Assembly: GCA_037131245.1 (NCBI GenBank)
Contig: JBAXRK010000002.1
Coordinates: 28,143-92,142, forward strand
Source: Candidatus Omnitrophota bacterium
Lineage (GTDB): Bacteria; Omnitrophota; Gorgyraeia; Zapsychrales; Fredricksoniimonadaceae
DNA length: 64,000 nucleotides
Direction of reading: 5' to 3'
Below are positions 18,944-27,178 of this stretch, piece by piece. Each line of letters opens with the position of its first letter. Within the stretch, counting starts at the first letter, position 1. Below the pieces are notes generated by a model. That model was given only the letters and a program-made list of their open reading frames with translations. It did no database searches and had not been told where the DNA came from. Both the position numbers and the translations under genes were made by a program.

Positions 18944-21027
18944 GCGCCGACCCGTCTTTCTTCAACAAGCGGGCGGTCGTCAAGGAGATCACGATCTTCG
19001 GCGGTCTTAGCTGGCTGACGGTCAACCGCATCGCGCGCCTGGTCGAGCTTGTTGAGTTCCCTAAAGGGAGCCTGATCTGCCGGCAGGGCGCGCCCGCGGA
19101 CGCGTTCTACGCTATGGTTTCCGGCCGGGTCACGTCTTACCAGGTGGACGCCCGGGGGCAGAAGGACGTGGTTGACGTCCTGGTGCGCGGCATGCATTTC
19201 GGCACCATTTCCGCCCTGACGGGCGAGAACCATTCGCATACCTACCAGGCGGTCAATGATTCCCTGGTGCTCAAGATCAAAAAGGAAGATTTCGCCGAGC
19301 TCTTGCAGGTCACGCCTAAACTGGCGCTGGCGCTTAGCGTCAATCTGTCCCTGAAGGCCCGCGAGCGGTCGCCTGTCCCGTCGGGATCACACGAGAACGC
19401 GCTGATCGCGGTCTACGCCCCGTCCGGGGGGAACGCCAGCGGTGCTTATGCCGCCAGCCTGGCCTCGTCGCTGAAAGACCAGGCGCACGGGAGCAAGGTC
19501 TTGCTGCTGCGTTTTTCATCTGATCCGTCTTCATCCCTGTTGAATTTACAGGATATTATTTCCGATCATCAGCGCAGTTTGCAGGCTGTGTCCCAGGGCA
19601 ATACAACAGTAGATACGCTGGAGGTCCGGTTCGACCCGAAGGATCCGGGGATCAGCGGGCGTATCGGCCAGTTCGCGGGCTGGTTCGTTAAGGATTATGA
19701 GCGCATTGTTTTTGACCTTTCCGGGCCGATGGAGGACGCGGTCATCAAGCTGCTGATCCAGTCGGATATTATCCATTTGTCCGTCCGGGCCCTGGAGGCG
19801 GAGCTGGAACTGGCACGGCAGGCTATTGAGGTCCTTTCACGGGAGTTGAAGGAGGAATTCAGCCCCGATAAAGTGCGGGCGGTCATTGACGGCCAGCCGG
19901 GAGAAGGGGCGCTTAAGCCGGAAGATATCCGCAAGGTCCTTAATTACGATTCGTTTGTGGTCCTGCCTTATCTGGAGGCTGACTATATTCTGGCCGTGCA
20001 AAGGCTGGGCCGGCAGATCACCGGCACCATGATCGGGCTGGTCCTCGGCGGCGGCGCGGCGCTGGGCATGGCTCATGTGGGCGTGATCCGGGTGCTGGAG
20101 CGCGAGAAGATACCGGTCGACGTGGTGGTCGGCAGCAGCATGGGGGCGCTGATCGGCGGCTTATGGGTTTCCGGCCACAACGCGGATGATCTGGAGAAGA
20201 TCGCCCGGGAATTTTCCAATCAGGCCGGCCTGCTGAAACTTTTTGACCCGCCGGTGCAGCGCGGGCTGGTGCTCCTGGTCATTATTTGCGTGTTCTGGCT
20301 GCTGGGCTACGGGTTGCTGGCGGCGTTCCTGATCTTCATGCTGATCCCGCTGGGTGTGGTGCCGGTCTCCGGTGTGGTGAAGGGCAAGGCTATCGGCCGG
20401 TGGCTTAAGAGCAAATTCGGCCGGGCGGCTTTCCATGATACGTCCGTGCCGCTGCGGGTGGTGGGCTATGACCTGCTGCACCGGCGCGAGATCGTGATCG
20501 ACCAGGGCATTATTATGGACGCGGTTTTTAAAAGCATCGCGATCCCGGGCATTATTCCGCCGGTTACTGAGGCGGGGCAGATGGTTATTGATGGCGGGGT
20601 TTTAAACCCCCTGCCGGTGAATGTGCTCACCGACATGGGCATTAAGCGCATCATCGCGGTCAATGTGCTGCAGTCGCCCGAAGAGGTTTGCTGGGGTGAA
20701 GAATGGAGCATCAAGCGCTACCGGCATATGGCCCGGGTCCCGTTCAAGCGCCATCCATGGAAATTCATTTCGTTGCGCCTGGGCGGCTTCCTGGGAAAAT
20801 TCTTATCGCCTAACATCGCGGATATTATTGTCCGCACCTTACAGGCCTCCGAGTATATCTTCGCCGAGAACAGCGGCCGGCAGGCCAATGTGCTGATCCA
20901 CCCCGACCTTCGGGGCATTCAGTGGTTCGAGCTTTACGAAGTCGATAAACTCATCCAGCGCGGGCACGAGGCCGCGATGCAGCATTTACCCGCCATGAAA
21001 GCCATGGTCAAGAAGGAGAAACAATGA
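18916..21027 (+). CDS. cyclic-nucleotide-binding domain / patatin-like phospholipase fusion
   Basis: 703 aa. N-terminal CAP-type cNMP-binding domain (FGGLSWLTVNRIARLVELVEFPKGSLICRQGAPADAFYAMVSGRV). C-terminal patatin signatures: GGGAALG (GxGxxG), GSSMG (GxSxG) and DGG. A hydrophobic hairpin is inserted between the GxSxG and DGG motifs. Overlaps the ACAD stop by 28 nt. Confidence 0.7.
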   Translation: MDGERSYKISADPSFFNKRAVVKEITIFGGLSWLTVNRIARLVELVEFPKGSLICRQGAPADAFYAMVSGRVTSYQVDARGQKDVVDVLVRGMHFGTISALTGENHSHTYQAVNDSLVLKIKKEDFAELLQVTPKLALALSVNLSLKARERSPVPSGSHENALIAVYAPSGGNASGAYAASLASSLKDQAHGSKVLLLRFSSDPSSSLLNLQDIISDHQRSLQAVSQGNTTVDTLEVRFDPKDPGISGRIGQFAGWFVKDYERIVFDLSGPMEDAVIKLLIQSDIIHLSVRALEAELELARQAIEVLSRELKEEFSPDKVRAVIDGQPGEGALKPEDIRKVLNYDSFVVLPYLEADYILAVQRLGRQITGTMIGLVLGGGAALGMAHVGVIRVLEREKIPVDVVVGSSMGALIGGLWVSGHNADDLEKIAREFSNQAGLLKLFDPPVQRGLVLLVIICVFWLLGYGLLAAFLIFMLIPLGVVPVSGVVKGKAIGRWLKSKFGRAAFHDTSVPLRVVGYDLLHRREIVIDQGIIMDAVFKSIAIPGIIPPVTEAGQMVIDGGVLNPLPVNVLTDMGIKRIIAVNVLQSPEEVCWGEEWSIKRYRHMARVPFKRHPWKFISLRLGGFLGKFLSPNIADIIVRTLQASEYIFAENSGRQANVLIHPDLRGIQWFELYEVDKLIQRGHEAAMQHLPAMKAMVKKEKQ

Positions 21028-21395
21028 AAACCATTCTGATCGTTGAAGATACCCAGGATTACGCGGACGCCCTTTCCTTCATCCTGTCACGGAAAGGCTT
21101 TAACGTTGCCCTGGCGCCCGATGGAGCGACCGGCGTCACCAAAGCCGTCAGGCTTAAGCCCGACCTGATCCTGATGGACGTGATGCTGCCCGACCAGGAC
21201 GGCGCGGAGACGGTCACGCAGATCCGGGAACATCAGGCCCTATCCGGCATTCCTATCGTTTTCCTGACCGCGCTTACCTCTGATAACAAGCCTGGCGACC
21301 AAACGATCGTGGTCCATGACCGGCCTTATCCGGCGCTTTCCAAAATGCTGGGGCAGGATGAGATCGTCAAGCGGGTCGAGCAATTCCTCGCTTAA
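21024..21395 (+). CDS. stand-alone response-regulator receiver (CheY-like REC) protein
   Basis: 123 aa. ILIVEDTQD, phospho-acceptor context LILMDVMLPDQDG, then LTA..K. No output domain. ATGA overlap with the upstream gene. Confidence 0.75.
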   Translation: MKTILIVEDTQDYADALSFILSRKGFNVALAPDGATGVTKAVRLKPDLILMDVMLPDQDGAETVTQIREHQALSGIPIVFLTALTSDNKPGDQTIVVHDRPYPALSKMLGQDEIVKRVEQFLA

Positions 21396-21456
21396 AGCGA
21401 TCCTCCATCATCATCTAAGTCTCGACGGTACTTATATAGATAATCCTTTAATTTTG

Positions 21457-21485
21457 TTGGGTTACCTAGTAAAATTTGTTAGTAT
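21457..21485 (+). promoter_or_regulatory. candidate promoter of the multihaem cytochrome operon
   Basis: TTGGGT, a 17-nt spacer, then TAGTAT (21480-21485), in a 100-nt AT-rich gap. The ATG at 21498 is only ~6 nt past the predicted TSS, giving a very short leader. Confidence 0.25.
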
Positions 21486-21497
21486 TTTACAGGTAAA

Positions 21498-23081
21498 ATG
21501 ATAAATATAAGCCCTTCAAAATTAGCCGTGATCGCAGGCCTGGCCATTCTTCTGGTGGCGGCGATCCTCTATAAGCAGTCGATCGAAAAAGTGGTCATGC
21601 CCGGCCGCCTGGCCGAGGCCCATGCCAAGTATGAGAGCCAATGCATCAAATGTCATTCCGCTTTCAAAAAAGGTGAGCAGAATGCCCTGTGCCTCGATTG
21701 CCATAAAGACGTCGCCGGCGACTTAAAGGTGCATCAGGGTTTGCACGGCCAGATCGTGGCCATTTCGAGCAAGGATTGTAAATCCTGCCATCCCGACCAT
21801 ATGGGCCGGTCTTTTGTTATCGCCCGCCTGGATAAAGCCACCTTCAAACACGACTGGACAGACTTTCCCTTGCACGACGCGCACGCGGGCCTGAGCGTGA
21901 CCTGCGACGCCTGCCATACGGCCGGTAAAAAACATCGAGATGCTCCGAAGGATTGTTTCAGCTGCCATCAGAAGGACGATCATCATAAGGGCGCCCTGGG
22001 CAAGAATTGCGCGGATTGCCACAAGGAAACGGCCTGGAAGGAAACGTATTTCAATCATGCCAAGACGCACTTTTTATTGACGGGCAAGCATCAGAAGGTG
22101 GCTTGCAATGCCTGTCATACCAACGAGACGTATAAGAATACGCCGCTCGACTGCAAGTCCTGCCATATGATCAACGATGTCCACGCCAGCCCTAAGGAAG
22201 AGCGCTGTGAACGCTGTCATAATCCGGAGGATTGGAAAAAGGTCACCTTTTTGCATGATACGGCTACCAAGTATCCTTTGAAAGGCGCGCATGTTCAGGC
22301 GGCCTGCGCCGCTTGCCATAAAGCGAACCTGTTCACCGTTAAGACAGGAACGCAATGCGTTGACTGCCATAAGGTTGATGATGTGCATAAAGAAAAGAAC
22401 GGTGTTAAATGCGCGTCCTGCCATACCGAGAATGACTGGAAGAAAGTGACGTTCGACCATGATCGCGATACGCATTTCAAGCTGTCGGGCCGGCATGGCA
22501 AGACCCAGTGTGATGCTTGCCATAAAGCGCCGTCCCTGGACATGAAAGTTGATAAAGTCTGTAACGCCTGCCACGAGTCGCGGGATGTGCATAAGGGGCA
22601 GGTCGGTGTTGATTGCCAGGTGTGCCATAACGAAGCGGGGTGGAAGGAAAGCATTAAGTTCGATCATGACCTGGGCGGTTTTCCGTTGATCGGCCAGCAC
22701 ACGGTCCTTGCCTGTAGTCAATGTCACAAGACCATGGCTTTTAAAGATGCCAAGATCGATTGTAATTCCTGTCATGCCAAAGAGGACGTTCACAAGAAAG
22801 GGTTGGGGACCGAGTGCGCGGATTGCCATAATCCCAACGGGTGGAAGTTCTGGCAGTTCGACCACGATACGCAAACGAAATACAAGCTTGAAGGGCCGCA
22901 CGCGGGGATCAAGTGCCAGGCCTGCCACTATCAGCCGATGGGTAAAGTGGTAACGGCGTCGACGAATTGTATCGCCTGCCACGAGAAGGACGATGCTCAC
23001 AAGGGGCAGTTCGGGGAGAACTGCGAGCAATGCCACGCGGTCGATTCGTTCAAGAAATATTTCAAGGGGAGAAAGAACTGA
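21498..23081 (+). CDS. multihaem cytochrome c (~21 CxxCH motifs), signal-anchored
   Basis: 527 aa. N-terminal TM/signal segment. 21 CxxCH motifs counted by hand (CIKCH, CLDCH, CKSCH ... CEQCH). Very haem-dense. Confidence 0.85.
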   Translation: MINISPSKLAVIAGLAILLVAAILYKQSIEKVVMPGRLAEAHAKYESQCIKCHSAFKKGEQNALCLDCHKDVAGDLKVHQGLHGQIVAISSKDCKSCHPDHMGRSFVIARLDKATFKHDWTDFPLHDAHAGLSVTCDACHTAGKKHRDAPKDCFSCHQKDDHHKGALGKNCADCHKETAWKETYFNHAKTHFLLTGKHQKVACNACHTNETYKNTPLDCKSCHMINDVHASPKEERCERCHNPEDWKKVTFLHDTATKYPLKGAHVQAACAACHKANLFTVKTGTQCVDCHKVDDVHKEKNGVKCASCHTENDWKKVTFDHDRDTHFKLSGRHGKTQCDACHKAPSLDMKVDKVCNACHESRDVHKGQVGVDCQVCHNEAGWKESIKFDHDLGGFPLIGQHTVLACSQCHKTMAFKDAKIDCNSCHAKEDVHKKGLGTECADCHNPNGWKFWQFDHDTQTKYKLEGPHAGIKCQACHYQPMGKVVTASTNCIACHEKDDAHKGQFGENCEQCHAVDSFKKYFKGRKN

Positions 23082-26000
23082 TGCGACATCTATTCTTGAC
23101 GGGCTTGCTGATGGTGTTCGTTGTGGCGGGCGCTGGCGCGGCGCTGGCTGCCGATGCGCCGGCGTTCGACCATTTCGCGACCGGCTATCCTCTTAATGGC
23201 GCGCATCGGGGGATCTCTTGCGATAAATGCCATATCCGCGGGGTGTTCAAAGGGACGCCGAAAGTGTGCGGTTCCTGCCATATTTCCGGCGGCTCTTTCG
23301 CGGCGACGCCCAAATCGGCGAATCATATTCAGAGCAGTGAGCGTTGCGATGATTGCCATTCCACGGACAGTTTCAGCCACGCGACGATCAACCATGCCCT
23401 TTTTACCGGCACGTGTTCGAGTTGTCATAATGGCACGATCGCGACGGGAAAATCGGCGGCGCATATCCCCTCATCAAGCGCTTGCGCGACCTGCCATGCC
23501 ACCAGTGCCTGGGTCCCGACGAAACGCATTGATCATGCTTTTGTCGTTGGCACCTGCGCGAGCTGCCATAACGGGTCAACCGCGACGGGAAAACCGGCGA
23601 CTCACCTGGCGACGAACGCGGCGTGCAGCACCTGCCATGGCACGTCCAGTTGGGCGACATCATCTTTTGATCATAGCGGGATCAGCGGGGTGTGTTCTTC
23701 CTGCCATAATGGAACAACGGCCACGGGAAAGTCCGCGACGCATGTGGCGACCAGCACGAATTGCAGTGCCTGCCATGGCACGGCTAATTGGGCGATCAAT
23801 CGTTTTGACCACACCCAAGCCAGCGGTGCCTGCTCGAGTTGTCATAATGGGACGGCGGCGACGGGTAAGGCGGCGACGCATATCGCGTCCGCCAGCACGT
23901 GCGCCAGCTGCCATTCGACGTCTTCCTGGACGGCGGGGACCAAGGTGGACCATGCTTTTGTCACGGGGACTTGCGCCAACTGTCATAACGGCACGTCGGC
24001 CACCGGAAAACCGGCTACGCACGTTGCCACGACGGCTAATTGCAGCAGCTGTCACAGCACGGCCAGTTGGGCGGTGGCGTCGTTCACGCATGCCGCGGTT
24101 TCCGGAAGTTGTGCAAGCTGCCATAATGGTACAACGGCGACAGGGAAATCGCCGACGCATGTCGCGACCAGTACGAATTGCAGTGCCTGTCACGGGACGT
24201 CCCATTGGGCGGTGACCTCTTTTGATCATACCCAGGCGGTGGGGGCCTGTTCCAGTTGCCATAATGGGACGGCGGCGACGGGAAAGCCGGCCACGCATAT
24301 CGCGTCTGCCAGCACTTGCGCCAGTTGTCATTCGACCTCTTCCTGGACGGCGGGGACCAAGGTGGACCATGCTTTTGTTACGGGGACTTGCGCGAGCTGC
24401 CATAACGGGACGACCGCGACCGGTAAATCGCCGACGCATATCGCCACCTCTGGCAGCTGTAATGCCTGCCATGGCACGTCCAGCTGGGTTATGTCGACCT
24501 TTGATCATAGCCAGGCCAGCGGAACCTGTTCGAGTTGCCATAACGGGACAGCGGCAACGGGTAAGCCGGCGACGCATATTGGCTCTGCCAGCACCTGCGC
24601 CAGCTGTCATAATACGACGGCCTGGACGCCCTTGACCCGGATGGACCATACGGCCGCGACCGGGACCTGCGCGAATTGTCATAACGGGACGGCAGCAACG
24701 GGCAAGCCGGCCACGCATGTGGCGACGACGGGCAGTTGTGATGCCTGCCATTCAACCTCCAGCTGGGTGGTTTCTTCTTTCGATCACAGCAAAGCCAGCG
24801 GCACGTGCGTGAGCTGCCATAATGGAACGACCGCGACGGGGAAATCGGCCACGCATGTGGCGACCAGTACGAATTGCACCGCTTGTCACAATACGAACAA
24901 TTGGGTGGTGACGGCTTTTGATCATACGCAAGCAGTTGGCACGTGTTCAACCTGCCATAATGGGACGGCGGCAACGGGTAAGTCGGCGACGCACATTGCT
25001 TCCGCCAGCACTTGCGCGAGTTGCCACTCGACAGCCACTTGGTCGCCGGCGACCCGCGTGGACCATACGGCGGTGACCGGGACTTGCGCCAGCTGCCATA
25101 ACGGGACGACGGCCACCGGTAAACCGGCGACGCACGTGCCGACAACGGCTAGCTGTAATACGTGCCACGGCACTTCCAGTTGGGTTGTTGCGGCCTTTAA
25201 TCATAGCGGGGTGACGGGTACATGCGCGAGTTGTCATAACGGGACGACGGCGACCGGTAAATCGGCGACGCACGTGCCGACCAGTACCAATTGTAGCGCT
25301 TGTCATAACACGAACAACTGGGTGGTGACGGCTTTCGATCACAGCCAGGCGGTAGGTGCGTGTTCCACCTGTCATAACGGGACGGCCGCGACCGGTAAAT
25401 CGCCGACACATATTGCTTCAGCCAGCACCTGCGCCAGCTGCCATAACACGACAGTGTGGAGCCCGGTGACACGGGTGGACCATACGGCGGTGAGCGGCAC
25501 CTGCGCGAGCTGTCATAACGGGACAGCGGCCACAGGCAAGCCGGCCACGCATATTGCCACCACCGGTAATTGTGATGCTTGCCATTCAACCTCCAGCTGG
25601 GTGGTGGCGACGTTCGACCACAGCAAAGCCAGCGGCACGTGCGTGAGCTGCCATAACGGGACGACGGCGACGGGCAAGTCGGCCACGCACGTGGCGACCA
25701 GCACGAATTGCAGCGCCTGCCACAATACGAATAATTGGGTTGTAACGGCTTTCGACCATAGCCAGGCGGTTGGCACATGCTCAACGTGCCATAACGGGAC
25801 AGCGGCGACGGGGAAGTCGGCGACGCATATTGCTTCAGCCAGCACCTGCGCGAGCTGCCATTCAACGTCGGTGTGGAGCCCGGTAACGCGGGTGGACCAT
25901 ACGGCGGTGACCGGCACGTGCGCCAGCTGCCATAATGGCACGGCCGCGACAGGGAAGCCGGCCACGCATGTGGCGACCACGAGCAATTGCAATGCCTGCC

Positions 26001-27166
26001 ACGGAACGAGTTCCTGGCTTATTTCCCGGTTCGATCATTCCCAGGCAACGGGGACCTGCGTCAGCTGCCATAACGGGACGGCAGCGACCGGTAAATCGCC
26101 CACGCATATCACCACGTCAACCGCTTGCGCGAACTGCCATAATACGACGGCCTGGAGCCCGGTGACACGGGTGGACCACACGTCGGTGACCGGCACGTGC
26201 GCGAGCTGCCATAACGGAACGAAGGCGACAGGCAAGTCGGCCACGCATATCGCGACATCGGGTGCTTGTGACGCGTGTCATAACGCGACGGCCTGGACGC
26301 CGGTAACGCGGATCGACCATACGCTGGTCACCGGCACGTGTGTTTCCTGCCATAACGGCACGGCAGCAACGGGTAAGTCGGTCACGCATATCAGCACGTC
26401 GACCGCTTGCGCGAACTGTCATAATACGACGGCCTGGAGCCCGGTGACACGGGTGGACCATACGGCCGTGACCGGCAGCTGCTCTAGCTGTCATAACGGA
26501 ACGGCGGCGACCGGGAAAACACCGACGCATATCAATACCACGAATGCTTGCGACAGCTGTCATTCCACAACCACCTGGACGGCGGTCACGCGCGTGGATC
26601 ATACGGCGGTGGTCGGGACCTGCGCGAGCTGCCATAACGGGACGATCGCGACAGGAAAGACGCCCACCCATATCCCGTCTTCCACCAGCTGTGGTTCCTG
26701 CCATAACACGAATGCCTGGTTACCGGCGGTTTTCGACCATACCGGTGTGGCGCAGACCTGCGTGACCTGCCATAATGGCACAACCGTGGCCGGCAAGTCG
26801 GCGAGCCATATGAGCACAACGAACAGCTGCAACCTGTGCCATTCCACCGTGGCCTGGGTACCGGTCGCCCGCGTTGACCACACGGCGGTCAGCGGCACCT
26901 GCTACAGTTGCCATAACGGGACGGTAGCGACGGGTAAGGGCCCGTTGCATATGAATACGAGCAACACGTGTACCAATTGCCATTCCACGTCGAACTGGAC
27001 GGTAGCGGATAATAGGGTGAGCCATACGGATGTTATCGGGACCTGCACCAGCTGCCATGACGGGCTGACGCATGACGGCATGACCGTTCAGGGTAAGCCG
27101 CGCGGCCATCCGGCGACAAACAAGGATTGCGGCGCTTGCCATTCAACAAGAACCTTTAGTATGTAA
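23081..27166 (+). CDS. giant tandem-repeat multihaem cytochrome c (~1361 aa, ~57 CxxCH motifs)
   Basis: Start ATG 23081 overlaps the upstream TGA by 1 nt, in frame with track ORF 22967. Signal peptide MRHLFLTGLLMVFVVAGAGAALAA. Body built of ~46-47-aa Thr/Ser/Asn-rich modules, each with two CxxCH (TCxSCHNGTxATGK...CxxCH.T..W). Manual count ~57 haem motifs. Confidence 0.85.
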   Translation: MRHLFLTGLLMVFVVAGAGAALAADAPAFDHFATGYPLNGAHRGISCDKCHIRGVFKGTPKVCGSCHISGGSFAATPKSANHIQSSERCDDCHSTDSFSHATINHALFTGTCSSCHNGTIATGKSAAHIPSSSACATCHATSAWVPTKRIDHAFVVGTCASCHNGSTATGKPATHLATNAACSTCHGTSSWATSSFDHSGISGVCSSCHNGTTATGKSATHVATSTNCSACHGTANWAINRFDHTQASGACSSCHNGTAATGKAATHIASASTCASCHSTSSWTAGTKVDHAFVTGTCANCHNGTSATGKPATHVATTANCSSCHSTASWAVASFTHAAVSGSCASCHNGTTATGKSPTHVATSTNCSACHGTSHWAVTSFDHTQAVGACSSCHNGTAATGKPATHIASASTCASCHSTSSWTAGTKVDHAFVTGTCASCHNGTTATGKSPTHIATSGSCNACHGTSSWVMSTFDHSQASGTCSSCHNGTAATGKPATHIGSASTCASCHNTTAWTPLTRMDHTAATGTCANCHNGTAATGKPATHVATTGSCDACHSTSSWVVSSFDHSKASGTCVSCHNGTTATGKSATHVATSTNCTACHNTNNWVVTAFDHTQAVGTCSTCHNGTAATGKSATHIASASTCASCHSTATWSPATRVDHTAVTGTCASCHNGTTATGKPATHVPTTASCNTCHGTSSWVVAAFNHSGVTGTCASCHNGTTATGKSATHVPTSTNCSACHNTNNWVVTAFDHSQAVGACSTCHNGTAATGKSPTHIASASTCASCHNTTVWSPVTRVDHTAVSGTCASCHNGTAATGKPATHIATTGNCDACHSTSSWVVATFDHSKASGTCVSCHNGTTATGKSATHVATSTNCSACHNTNNWVVTAFDHSQAVGTCSTCHNGTAATGKSATHIASASTCASCHSTSVWSPVTRVDHTAVTGTCASCHNGTAATGKPATHVATTSNCNACHGTSSWLISRFDHSQATGTCVSCHNGTAATGKSPTHITTSTACANCHNTTAWSPVTRVDHTSVTGTCASCHNGTKATGKSATHIATSGACDACHNATAWTPVTRIDHTLVTGTCVSCHNGTAATGKSVTHISTSTACANCHNTTAWSPVTRVDHTAVTGSCSSCHNGTAATGKTPTHINTTNACDSCHSTTTWTAVTRVDHTAVVGTCASCHNGTIATGKTPTHIPSSTSCGSCHNTNAWLPAVFDHTGVAQTCVTCHNGTTVAGKSASHMSTTNSCNLCHSTVAWVPVARVDHTAVSGTCYSCHNGTVATGKGPLHMNTSNTCTNCHSTSNWTVADNRVSHTDVIGTCTSCHDGLTHDGMTVQGKPRGHPATNKDCGACHSTRTFSM
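23410..26950. repeat. coding tandem repeat array (~140-nt double-haem module; 3-module ~417-nt higher-order repeat) inside the giant cytochrome gene
   Basis: Protein-level periodicity of 46-47 aa with module types A/B/C recurring as ABC-ABC. DNA copies e.g. 24779-25200 vs 25613-26030 are ~85% identical. The array generates many spurious long ORFs in all other frames. Confidence 0.8.
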
Positions 27167-27178
27167 TAGAGGGTGACA

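Noticed and set aside
22074-23036. 320-aa minus-strand ORF opposite the 21-haem cytochrome gene.
   Set aside because: Antisense to a gene with 21 CxxCH motifs and a signal anchor. Its composition is typical of a shadow frame.
23090-27142. Many long ORFs in other frames and on the minus strand across the giant cytochrome gene. Examples are 23121-24215 (+), 23660-24751 (-), 24489-25145 (-), 25197-25865 (-) and 26117-26704 (-). They encode Arg/Pro/Trp-rich low-complexity proteins.
   Set aside because: These are artefacts of a GC-rich, stop-poor tandem repeat. The sense frame has a coherent signal peptide and ~57 CxxCH motifs, whereas the others are compositionally implausible and mutually overlapping.
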